From the NCBI GenBank assembly GCA_951406725.2, contig OX597822.1:8680001-8744000 (forward strand): 64,000 nucleotides of DNA, read 5' to 3'. Made by a program: the position numbers and the translations under genes. This document shows positions 40,059 through 52,142 of the stretch, piece by piece. The DNA comes from Octopus vulgaris (lineage: Eukaryota). The notes beneath the pieces were generated by a model that saw only the letters and a program-made list of their open reading frames with translations, searched no databases and was not told the origin of the DNA. Position 1 is the stretch's first letter. Each line of letters opens with the position of its first letter.

Positions 40059-40206
40059 AGGAGAGACTATGTAAGTACCTTGTTTACCAACCACAGGGAT
40101 TTGCATTCAATCTCTGCGTGGCACCTTGGGCAAGTGTTTTTACTATAGCCTCGGCTCGACTAAATCTTTGAGTGGATTTGGAAGAAGAAGACTGAAAGAA
40201 GTCCGT
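40055..40206 (+). mobile_element. SINE family B 5' half
   Basis: GCGCAGGAG...CTGCGTGGCACCTTGGGCAAGTGT...ACTGAAAGAAGTCCGT, then (TA)n. Confidence 0.82.
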
Positions 40207-40208
40207 TT

Positions 40209-40282
<74 letters not shown>

Positions 40283-42532
40283 CTATGAGAATACTTAAAC
40301 CTATTACAGGGTTAGATTTATCCAAGGTACCTTGTTTAATATACTTTAGATATAGATATTTCTTCTATAAATATATCATAAAACATTAAATATTCTTAAG
40401 TTTGAAAATGGAGAGATTAACAGGACATAAATTAATGTATTAATTAATTAATATTGCCTACAATTGTTTCACTTCAATTCCAATTTAAATTGCCAAACAT
40501 ATACAATAACATGAGCTTGCATTTTGAGTATCCTGTGTAGAAAATCTTCTGGGCGAAAATGGACATTACATAGTTTACATTTTGATCAGTCGAATTACTA
40601 CAACAGTCTAAGCAGATGAAAGAGTGTTTATTGTGTGTGTGTGTGTGTGTGTGTGCGTGTGTTTGTGCATATATTAATCTTTTTATTTTCATTTAAATAC
40701 AATAATGATGATAATTAATTAAAGTGTATAAGAATGAAAATAAAGGATAAAAATAAAGATTAATAATAAATAATGAAAATAATTAAATATGTTAATAAAA
40801 ATATAAAATAAAAATGAAATAAAGTTATTTTTTTACAAAATATGGACCATTTTGCTTTATGTATGAGTGTATATTCGTGTGTTTACATGTGTTGCTCGTA
40901 TGTGTATATACGTTATTGAACACAATGACGGATGTATTCGTTTATGCATAAGTGTGTGTGTTTGTGTGTGTGTGCTGATATAGTTCCTTACTACTTAAGT
41001 TGTATTATTAGTGCGTAAGTGTGTATGTATATTAGTGAAATATTACCGAATATTTCTATAACTATATATGCATTTATATGTAGGGATATTCATGGCGCAT
41101 TTCAGTTTATGGATGATTGTTTATATGTCTGTATATAGATGTTTACTGGCTGAGTTGATTTTTGTGTACGTAAGCGTGTATGTATGTTAGTAACGTATTC
41201 TGTCTGTTTGTCTCAATATTTTTTTACGTATCGTTTGATATTTCGAAACTGAGATGATATATTTTTATGTCACACGTTTGATAAAACTGAGAGAGAATAT
41301 TCGTGTACACATGACACCTGAAGGATGAAACACAAGGTCGACACTATCAGCATGTCAACTCAGAAAATAAAGAACCTAAAGTTAACCCCTAACTTACCAA
41401 TTTCTTTGTTGCTTTCATCCAATTAAAGTTTGTGCTTCGAATACAGATGAAATACGTATCCCTCCAAGGTATGTTTTTCTACATTTTACGCATACTGGAC
41501 ATAGCGTAATATAAATATATGCCATCTCGATCCGGAATCAAAAATCAAAACTGAGATAACTTAGGGTTCAAAGGCCATTACCTTTTCCTTGCATCGCCAA
41601 AAGGCCTGGGAAATCTATGCGGTGTAGGTCTCCTTGTGTTCAAAGAAGAATTATATAAATTCTCGTATAATATACCGACGAACTTATAACACAGGAAGAA
41701 ACACCAGGACCGATTCGAGCAACAGGTCCGAGAATATAGTCTAAAAGAAGCAAGTATTAGTGTTAAAGACCACGTCCCTGGATGAAACTGATAACTATTT
41801 AGAATAATAGAATGTTACAAATTTACATTCTAGAAGATAACCCAGAATCCGACCATACGATGATCATATGCAACAATTAATCTATAAGTCAGTTTATAGA
41901 AAAGTTTTATTAGTTCACTTGCTATGATAAAGTCAAGAAAAGAATGTGACTTTCAGTGTTATTGAAATACTTAGATAAAGAAACAGTACCATCCTCCATG
42001 GCTGATTATTGACTTTTAACGCCAAAAGATTTTCTGAAATTCTTCTCCAAAAACACACGCCTTCATTTGCCTTCTTATCATACAGCTTACGTACATTATG
42101 AAAACGCCAACACAATGCGTAATAAAAATTCAACGGAACACTAAATATCTGAACAAGGAAATAACAAATAAAAGGGTAATTGTTAAGAAAAAGAAAAAGA
42201 AAAAAAGGAGATTAAGCCATAAACATTTCTTTCTCTTCTCTGCTGAATATCAATAGAAGACTTTTCGTCATAACATTTTCGTTGAGAAGTACACAGCAAA
42301 TATATGTATGTGTGAGTTTCTGTGTCTGTTACGTGTGTGTGTGTGCGTGTGCATGTGTGTGTGTGTAGGAATATACACAGAGGCATACGTATATACATGT
42401 GTATACATATAATTTTACTCCTCTAGACATGATGTCACAAGTACCATGTAGGACAATAGGCTGCAAATAGTCATCTTAAATGCTTCTTCTGTATTTCCTG
42501 TACTGATGCATTGCTATTTATAGTATAATAAC

Positions 42533-42570
42533 GATGATGATGATGATGATGATAAAAATAATAATAATGC

Positions 42571-42626
<56 letters not shown>

Positions 42627-42750
42627 CTAATAATAATAATAATAATAATAATGGGAAAGGGACGAAGAAAAGAAGAAAAAAGAAAATGAAAGATACATAT
42701 TCATATTGTTCATATTATTTTATTTTTTTATATGAATAATAATAATAGCA

Positions 42751-42785
<35 letters not shown>

Positions 42786-42811
42786 GTTATTATTATTATC
42801 ATTTATTATTA

Positions 42812-42888
<77 letters not shown>

Positions 42889-42901
42889 GTTATTATTATT
42901 A

Positions 42902-42948
<47 letters not shown>

Positions 42949-42988
42949 GTTATTATTATTATTATTGTTGTTATTATTATTATTATTA

Positions 42989-43026
<38 letters not shown>

Positions 43027-43300
43027 GTTGTTGTTATTGTTATCATTATTATTATTATTATCACTACTAGTTTTATTAGCAACATCATTATCGTCATCAT
43101 TGTTAATACTGATTCTTTTGATGGTATTGCTAACGTTGAAATTCCTGAAGAAACAGCAGCAGCAGCTGTAGTAGTGCAGGCAGCAACAGCAACAGCAGCA
43201 AAAGTAGTAGTAGTAGTAGTAGTAGTGATGGTGGTAGTGGTGGTGGTGGTGGGTGATGCTAGTAGTAGTAGTAGTAGTAGTAGAAGCAGCAGCGGCTGTA
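42533..43300. repeat. (GAT)(AAT)n ... (ATT)n ... (GCA)(GTA)(GTG)n trinucleotide block
   Basis: (AAT)n at 42555-42652; (ATT)n at about 42750-43060; AGC/AGT/GGT runs at 43150-43300. Confidence 0.95.
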
Positions 43301-43724
43301 GTGGCTGAGGTAAACACATTTCAATGGTACATTTTGTATTAATGGCTGTTTATTCAAAAGTTAATTCCTATTGCTCTTCACCGTTGCCAACTGAAAAGTA
43401 AAAATAACATCATAGTCATGCTTGTTTCTAAATTTCTATCTTCTTTATATTTAAAAACACGTCCAGTATGTTTGCCATTTAGATTTTCTATATTTCAATT
43501 CTTGTAATGGTAAAAACAAAGGTAAAGAAAAAAAACTATGCGGCATTTTCATGTATTGAATGTTAAGTGACGAATGAAAGCTGCACTCTCTCTGAGCATG
43601 TGCATACATACACCTATGCATAAACATCCATCCATATATATATATATATATATATACATAAAAATACACACGAAAACACGCATAAACACACAAATACAGA
43701 CACACGTACGCACATACACACACG

Positions 43725-43799
<75 letters not shown>

Positions 43800-43986
43800 T
43801 TACATATATACATATGTACACACAACCTCATATATATATACGTATGTGTATGTATATATCACTTTGATCTCATTGACCGACCATATATGTCTGTGTATGT
43901 TTATATGTGTGCGAGTGTGTATGTGTATGTGTATGAGTATGTGTATGAGTGTATGTGTGTGTGTGTGCGTGTGTGTGTGTGTATGA

Positions 43987-44025
<39 letters not shown>

Positions 44026-44174
44026 TGTCTGTCTTGCATGTTAAAAAGTAACACACGAGTTGATATATATAAGGAAAATAGTACAAGGTAGAAAATGCTA
44101 ACATAATTTTATCATGATGAACATTTTCAAAGTCTTTGCGACTTTTTAAAATTAGGGTAAAGCATGAAAAAGAG

Positions 44175-46285
44175 TTAAATTGTGGAAAAATTATTTGCGA
44201 CGAAATATGACTCTTTGCTATTACGCTGATTATAGGTTGCATCGTCCTTTAATTTATAGAGGAGAAAATTCTGAAGTTGCGTTGTTCGTTAGTGGCGCAA
44301 AAGTCGATGTATACGCAGCTATTTTTCCGTATTCCCAAATTTTAATCTGGGATCTACGTAGACCGTTTTGGGGTTAGCCTACGTATTGCTATGGACACCG
44401 TGAGCATGTTAATACACATATTAGGTTTTCCAAAGCACATGTGAAGTTGTTTTTCACTGTAAAATGTTGACCTTGTTTGAAGGAGAACTTTCCCTCAATT
44501 AATTCCCTCAATTAATTAATTTTTACTGACGGTTTTAACGTGTTGCTGAGTGTACTTGGGCTTGTGTTAGGAGAATTTTCATTGACTTGGATTGTCTTTT
44601 ACTCTTTATGATGGTATGCATTTGGATGATTAGATTCGTCCGTGGTCCCTTTTTAGTAGCGGAATATTATGGAGAATGGTGTCGAAGGCTTCATTGTTAA
44701 GGGGGTTCTGTATGCAGATGAATGGTAGAGATTTTGGTTGTAATTCCTTCTCTAGTTTTGGATGTCTGAGTTCGAGGGTGTTGAGTTGTCTGGCATATTG
44801 AAAGTCTATATCAATAGGTGATGGTGAGTAGTTCCTGCTGATTAGTGTATTCATTATTTCATGCAGCCGTGTGTCCCTGGTGATTGTATTAGAAACTATA
44901 CTAAAAATCCTTTTTGCTAGGTTGAAGGGGATATTAATTCTAGTGTGTCTGGGGTGGCATGAGTTGAACGGCAGATATTGCTTGGATTCCGTAGGCTTAT
45001 AGTATATGCCTGTTTCTATTTTCTCAATGACGATACCGAGGAATGGAATTTGTTGATGGCTATTCCAGCGTAAATTAAATATTTATGTCAAGTCCATTTA
45101 TAAGTGCTTGAAATCCTTTGTCTCTCTATACGTTCATTTCAAAGAATGAAGGAGTCATCTAGATACCTCTTCCACTTATTTTCTATGTAGAGGGAGGATG
45201 GGTTTGTTATATTGTTCTAGTACTGTACGATAAAGACTGGTTTCTAGATATTCCATCACTAAGTTAGCAAAGAAGGGAGCCATTCTCGTATCCATCGTAG
45301 TCCCCGATTTTTGTCGATAGAAGTAGTCTTTGAAGACGAAGGAGTTATTCTCCAAGAGGAATTTTAGCCCTGCTATTACGAATTCTTTCTTGATGCGGTG
45401 CGGGAATTCATTGGTGTAATTCTCTAGCCAGAGTTGGATTGCCTCTATTCCTAGGCTATGGGGGAGATTAAAATAGAGGTTGACTACGTCGAAGGATACT
45501 TCTAGGGTATTTTTTATTTATTGTTTCAGTGGGGTGACTGAGCATATCTATGTCGTCAGCTTTTGATGTGGTTTTAAGAGGGTATCTAAAAAGATACTGA
45601 GGCGGTGGGTTTTCTCTTGCGGGACCTACTATTAGAAGTCTTAATTTGAGGTCAATAGGAGTAGATGCCTTGATTGTTATGCCTGTGGCTATCCTGCATG
45701 CGTTACTTATTTTCTCACTTTTGTGTATCTTAGGAATACCATAGAATTTACTGGATTTACTTTTGAATTTAGTCATATAATCGTATTCCTTGTCAGTGAG
45801 CCCTTCTCTGTATAGGTTTAACATAGTGTTTAGGTTTACACTATTTTCTGCTAACTGTAGTGTTGGACCTTTTCAAAATATGTTGCCTTCTAATATGGAT
45901 TGTACTAGAGTTATATAGTATACCGTGTCCATTAAGACAACTCAACTCCCTTTATCAACTTCTTCGATTGTTATTGTTTTATCGTCCTTTAATCTGTTCA
46001 GCTCACCCATTCGTTTTTGCTGAAGTTTGGCTCGTGTTTTTGTTTGTGTATATGTTGATATGGGTAATTCGTGATGTATTCACAGAAATCTTCTTACCTT
46101 TTGAAGGAGTTTAGTTACTTCTATCTCGGACTAACTCTTCGTCTTCGCTGTATTTGTCGTAGAGTTCCTCGATGAGCCGTAATTTACTATAGAATTCTAC
46201 GTTTTCTTTCATTTCGTTGTAGTTGGAGCATTTGGTGGTGGGTGTAAACTTGAGCCCTTTGGGGAGTATGTTGATTTGGTTTTTA
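44175..46285 (-). pseudogene. Penelope-like retroelement ORF (RT + GIY-YIG endonuclease), disrupted
   Basis: Minus strand: NILPKGLKFTPT; SKFYGIPKIHK; SFDVVNLY; FYRQKSGTTMDTRMAPFFANLVM; WKRYLDD; KPTESKQYLPFNSCHP; TCALENLICVLTCSRCP*QYVG. Many indels. Confidence 0.93.
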
Positions 46286-47445
46286 CGTCAATATAAGACG
46301 CTTTCTAATAACGACTTATACAGTCTCATGGTGTTCACAAAGTACATACACGTTAAGTTGGGTATAAAATTTGCTGTTCAGTTCCTATACTGATTCTTTT
46401 GCTAATAACTACTAACAAATATAGAAATATATATAGAGAGGGATGGAGGGATTTAGGGAGAGAGAGAGATTCAATAGGGACTGAAATTTTGTTAATACGA
46501 AAAGATAATCTTGGAGTGCATAAAGCACTGGAAATTTTATCGTTGATAGAGGAGTGTTGTCCGCCTCGGCCACTGGAACTGCCAGATCCTGTGATCACAT
46601 TCTCTTAAGGTTTCCCCACTGAAAGATCTCCAGCAGGAGGATAACGGCCAACCATATGTAGAATTTCACTGTCCATTCAGGCATTGGTATCGCAAGTAGC
46701 CAGCGGGTATATTAAAAAATAATTGGTAGCGATACAAGATGCATTAATACCAAAATGCAATCTTGAGATGCATCGCAATATGGTGGTTGAGTTAGAACAC
46801 ATTATTCTGCGTTATTTACTCTGAGAGTATCTCTAGTAAGAACTTGTGGTGCATAAACGCAGGAATATATAGCAGGGTGAAACCACGTGATCTGGTAGTT
46901 TTGGAGGCCATAGCAGACAACCCTAGACTCTGAACGATATAATTTCGAGTGGTTTTATGCATTATAAAACCATATGAGAGATTCTCTCAAGTTACATAAC
47001 GCAACATTCTCTGTTCTAACACAACCTCCACGTTAAGTTGGAGTTCAAGATTACCATATATACCCATGTGTGTGTATGGGTGTGTGTGAGTGAGTGAGTG
47101 TGTGTATTCTGAAATTCGATTTCATCTGGATTTCAAATTTCGTTCATAGAAACTTTCTCTACAACATGAATGGAGCCTCACAAACTATGAAATTCTCTTC
47201 TTCATAAATGTGCGTTAAAATTATAGAATTCTCTGAACATCTGTACATATAATGATAAATGAAAATACATTCTAATATCAACAGAGACACACATACACAC
47301 TTACATACATACGTACTACATACATTCATATATACATACACACAAGTATACATACATACGTACATGTGTGTATGTATGTGCGTGTATGTGTACGTGTGCA
47401 TTTGTACACTCTCTCGAACAAACTAATGCGCAAACACACACTCGC

Positions 47446-47476
<31 letters not shown>

Positions 47477-48061
47477 CACGAAATAAAATGTTATTTAATT
47501 TGTTTCAAACATTTTAAAATTCAGGTATCTAAATTGCACGTTCTCTTTGAAAAATTAGACAACACCTGCAGTTATATAAAGAGCAAAATTACAGCAGAAA
47601 GTATTCAACATAATTAAATAATGAAGACTTGATTAATGGAGACAAGACACAGCCATATTACAAAAGAAGAGAACACCTTCAACAGTATTTGTATAATATC
47701 AGGAACTCAAGAATGTATTATAATATTTGCATATTACTGGACAAAGTTATGCAACCAGCCTAGAGTGTGCAGTCTATTATATCGACTCTTGTACTCTCGT
47801 TTTCTTTCTTTACGCTCTTACTTGTTTCAGTCATTTGACTGTGACCATGCTGGAGCACCGACTTTAGTCGAGCAAATCGACCCCCCAGGACTTACTCTTT
47901 GTAAGCCTAGTACTAACTCTATCGGTCTCTTTTACCGATCCGCTACGTTACGGGGACGTAAACATTCTAGTATCGATTGTCAAGCGATGTTGGGGCGACA
48001 AACACAGATACACAAACACATACGCACAAATGCATACACACACACACATATATATATATAA

Positions 48062-48150
<89 letters not shown>

Positions 48151-48152
<2 letters not shown>

Positions 48153-50072
48153 TAGTATAGATAGTATAGATAAAAAGTAGGTAGATTTAGATAAAAGTGC
48201 AATGATACCAAACACATATATATATTAATAATTATTATATATATTATATTATATTTTAAATAAAATATATATATATATATTATATATTATATATATATAT
48301 AGTAGTATAATATATAATAAAAAGTAGTAGTTAGATAAAAGTGTAGGTGATGATAATGAAGATGGATTAATAATTAGTAACCCCAGTTTGCATAACAATG
48401 TAATTACTATTAGTGAACATAGTATTAATACTAATAATAACTCAAATAACAGTAATGAAAATGAACTGTCCTTAAATAATACTAGTACTGCCCCCCCCCA
48501 GTTGTATTTGTAGGATTAGATCGAAATGTCCGGTATCTGGCCGTTGTTCGGTCCAAAACGTGATTTATAAATGTACGATAACTTCAAACAATAACTTACT
48601 TTATTTCGGGTCTTCTGTATATTTAAAGAAAACGTTTAAACAATCATTTTTCCTCCTTTAGGCTCAAACATAAAGCAAGTTGCACAACATTGTCTAGTAA
48701 AATTTGGGAACTAAAAACAAATAATATAGAATTCAACCTGAAATGGGATATAGTAAGAAGAGCACGGCCTTATAAAAATAGTAGGGATGGTTGTCAACTT
48801 TGCTCTATGGAAACATGAAATTTTGAAACATCAGAGTAATACAAATCTATTAAATAACCGTTTGGAGCTAGGATATCTTGTATACATCGTACAACCCGTA
48901 CGTTTAAATATTTTAAATAATAATATTATGAATATTCCTAAATTTCAATTCTTTATAACCAAATAAGAACGAATATACCATACTGGTTTTTAATTTAACA
49001 TCCATAGATTACTAAAAAAACTTCATTGCAAACTTAGAATTAAATTATTCTTTTTCTAATATTCTCCAATACTAAATATTATAAATCCTATGTCCCTAAG
49101 GAAACTATTCGGTTCACCTTGATTATCTCACTTCCATTTCTTAATATATAATTAACCTAAGATATTTTTATCTAACTAATTAACCTTTATGCGCAGGTAG
49201 TAAATATTATTTCCAACAGATCCTATATTTTAATTCATTAATATCAACTCACTATCTATGAAATCTGAATAATTTACTCTTCTAAATTATCTCTCTTTAT
49301 CTTATTAAATCACCTTCTACTAAACCTACGAATACCTTTCTCCTTTGATTTTCCTCTTCCATTTTTCCTAGTATATTATGACCCCTAATATATTCACTTG
49401 ATCAATAAGACTTTTCCCCCATTAATAAATATTATGCCTACTCATAATAAGTGATAGTCTTTTCTCTAAATTGAATAAATTTTAGATCTATATTTTTTCC
49501 TTTAATCCAACGTGTCATAGTACTGGGAACCTATAAGCTGATGTTTGTGTTCATGTGCATAGGGTTTGTAAGGTCTCTGCATTCTCTGTGAGTGTTATTG
49601 TGACCACTTGACATTGATCTAGTTCTCCTAATACCAAATCTGTTTACCAAATAGTACTAATTGGCATTGTAGTGTGACAATCCTGTTCTCTACATAAATT
49701 CCTTTATATGGAACTCTGACATCTCTTTCACTCCATTTCTATAAATAGAAAATCTTTGTTGTCTCCTTTCATTTGTTCTTTCTTCTCAGAACCTTGCAGT
49801 AGTTCCTAGCAACTGGATTTTAGTCAGTCACTTGATGGGCTCCACTACCTCAAATATTCTTAAAATTTAAATCCACATCTTTGTCTACATATTTACCTTC
49901 TCTATAATGTTACCACTTGATATGAAAACTATGTATTAATGGAAAACGTCTATCAATGGCTGATGAGTGCTCAGCATTTTAAAACTGTTGTAATATTTAC
50001 AACATTTAATAAAATGATGTAGTGCGAAACGATCGTACCAAATTACCGGAGTTATTCTTGTTGCTTATTTTG
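48151..50072 (+). mobile_element. 5'-truncated Penelope-like element (GIY-YIG remnant + long 3' region + hammerhead)
   Basis: 48503-48920 gives CICRIRSKCPVSGRCSVQNVIYKCTI...YFGSS...NNHFSSF...TTLSSKIWELK...KWDIVRRARPY...CQLCSME...LLNNRLEL, with frameshifts. (TA)n on both sides. Confidence 0.9.
49957..50040 (+). ncRNA. type-I hammerhead ribozyme (PLE type, palindromic stem III, extended stem II)
   Basis: TGG CTGATGA GTGCT...(CATTTTA/TAAAATG, TGTTGTAA-tat-TTACAACA)...AGTGC GAAA CGATCG TA CCA. Canonical core, GUA cleavage triplet, same sense as the PLE ORF. Confidence 0.85.
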
Positions 50073-50441
50073 ATATATATATATATATATAATTGCGACG
50101 GGCTTCTTTCACTTTCCGTCTACCAAATCCACTCACAAGTATTTGGTCGGCCCGAGGCTATAGTAGAAGACACTCGCCCAAGGTGCCACGCAGTGGAAGT
50201 GAACCCAGAATCATATGTGGCTACTTACTACTCAGCCACTCCTACGCCTATTACATTAACTGGCATCTAGTGCATCCATATTCTTACGAAGTGAAAGAAA
50301 AAGGGTCGGCCTGTTGTAAAGGAAATGAAACTAAATACCGCAAAAAATTATTAAAAATCCCCTCCCTCCAAAAATTGCTGGCCATGTTCCTAAATTTGAA
50401 ACCATGCTTCTGCTTTTCATTATTATTGCTATTACTATTAA

Positions 50442-50535
50442 GGCGTCAACCTTGCAGAATTGTTAGCACGGCAGACAGACTGCTTAACAGCATTCGGTCC
50501 GTCTTTACGTTCTGAGTTGAAATTCTGCAGGGTTT
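50442..50535 (+). mobile_element. SINE family C head fragment
   Basis: GCAGAATTGTTAGCACGGCAGAC...TACGTTCTGAGTTGAAATTCTGC. Confidence 0.65.
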
Positions 50536-50549
50536 CATATTATTATTAT

Positions 50550-50581
<32 letters not shown>

Positions 50582-50621
50582 CGTGAGAGAACAGTGCATG
50601 CCATCAAATTGACACTGGGGT

Positions 50622-51032
50622 AGAACTTATCCTTTTAGTAGAACCCCCTGTACGGATAAGTACTGTACTGTATGTAGATTTAGCCCACAAACAAACTGTA
50701 AAGCCAGAAATGTAGTCTATAGTATAAGATGTATAGAGGGACGATGCAGTAACAAGACAACGACATACGTAGGGGAAACGGCAAGAAGCATAGGAGAGCG
50801 GGTAAATGGGCATTGGAGACAACTCAAGGAAGGTAAAATCTCATCGATTCTGTACCAACACGCCGAACAGGAACACGGGGAGTCAATCAATAACATAGAA
50901 ATTAAAATATTATCCACACATAGATCAGATGCAACAATTAGACAAATTACAGGAGCTACACACATAATAGAAAATAAACCTAGCCTGAATAGAAAACCAG
51001 AATGGAGCACTAACACACACCACAACATATGA
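50622..51032 (+). pseudogene. GIY-YIG endonuclease domain of a 5'-truncated Penelope-like element (open frame, no start codon)
   Basis: RTYPFSRTPCTDKYCTVCRFSPQTNCKARNVVYSIRCIEGRCSNKTTTYVGETARSIGERVNGH...ILYQHAEQEHG...IRQITGATHIIENKPSLNRKPEW...*; 137 codons without interruption; not in the ORF track. Confidence 0.92.
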
Positions 51033-51507
51033 CGATAGACGATCCTGAAAACATAATAAATACTCAGATAAATAAACTAATAGAAATAAATAACTATATA
51101 TATATGTATATATATGTATATATATATATATATATATAATTTTTTTATTTATAATTTTTTATTTTTTTTATTTTTTTTATTATTTTTTTTCGATTCGATT
51201 TATTATTGTTATTACTAGTATTGTTGTTATACATACAAGCATATGCAATGATAATAATAAGTGGATGTAAACACATGAACAAAATAAGAATAAATGAATA
51301 AACAAAAACAACAAAAACAAAATACAAATTACATGAACATATATAAACACAAAATACAAATATTACAGGCATCCCCCCACATACACACACTAAACAAACA
51401 TAAACGCACATAGAGATATAAGCATGCGCAAATGAAGACATACAATAGAAATACAAAATGGCTGATGGTTAGTAAGGAGAGACACAAATATGAAAGAAGA
51501 TAACAAA

Positions 51508-51552
51508 GGACCACTGAAGCGGTCACAGGAGTGTGACGAAAGAACTCTGGCC
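51508..51552 (+). ncRNA. minimal hammerhead-like motif (A9C, extra G)
   Basis: GGACCA CTGAAGC G GTCAC aggagt GTGAC GAAA GAAC TC TGGCC; perfect 5-bp stem II; same family as 35219-35264. Confidence 0.65.
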
Positions 51553-51728
51553 GAAATAAGATTAAGATTAATGTAAAAAATAAATAACACTGAAGCAAAA
51601 TAAGACCAAATATATAGTGCGTGTGTTTTTATTGGCTAAACTGGCAATATGACCATTCCGAAATATAACAATATCTGTTTCAACACACGACTTCACATAA
51701 AAAAATCTTGCACAACAAATATTTAAAC

Positions 51729-51794
<66 letters not shown>

Positions 51795-51797
<3 letters not shown>

Positions 51798-51956
51798 AGA
51801 AAAAAGCAACAAGAATGGATTAGTTTTTCAGTACAATTGTTTCATACGAAGAACAGCTTTATTAAAAGCTGCAAATATTTGCAGCTTTTAATAAACCTGT
51901 TCTTCGTATGAATCAATTGTACTGAAAAACTATCCATTTTTGTTGCTTTTTCTTGT
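51795..51956. repeat. near-perfect palindrome, arms of about 81 bp, no spacer
   Basis: Centre AAAAGCTGCAAAT|ATTTGCAGCTTTT at 51876/51877; only a few mismatches or indels between arms. Confidence 0.97.
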
Positions 51957-52074
51957 TTATAATCACCCCACATTATTTTATGGTTAATACCATATAAATT
52001 TATTTCTGGTGCATCTAAGTTAAGTAGCGCATTCATGTCAATTCATTGGAACTCACTTGAATCTTAATTGATTT

Positions 52075-52138
<64 letters not shown>

Positions 52139-52142
<4 letters not shown>

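Larger units (their letters stand above)
47785..50249 (-). mobile_element. SINE family B split in two (47785-48050 and 50095-50249) by a 1.9-kb insertion in its internal (TA)n
   Basis: The two halves join into one copy collinear with 23553-23961. Confidence 0.9.
50613..51729 (+). mobile_element. Penelope-like element 3' fragment (EN + 3' terminal repeat)
   Basis: GIY-YIG frame, A-rich 3' region, hammerhead motif, and an end in (TA)n. Confidence 0.85.

Noticed and set aside
42720-43319. Long poly-I/N/L/Y ORFs, and similar ones at 18877-19219
   Set aside because: Trinucleotide repeat read-through in several frames on both strands.
51708-52036. Two opposite-strand ORFs with near-identical peptides (SFSVQL.HTKN.FIKSCKYLQLLI)
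   Set aside because: A consequence of the DNA palindrome at 51795-51956.
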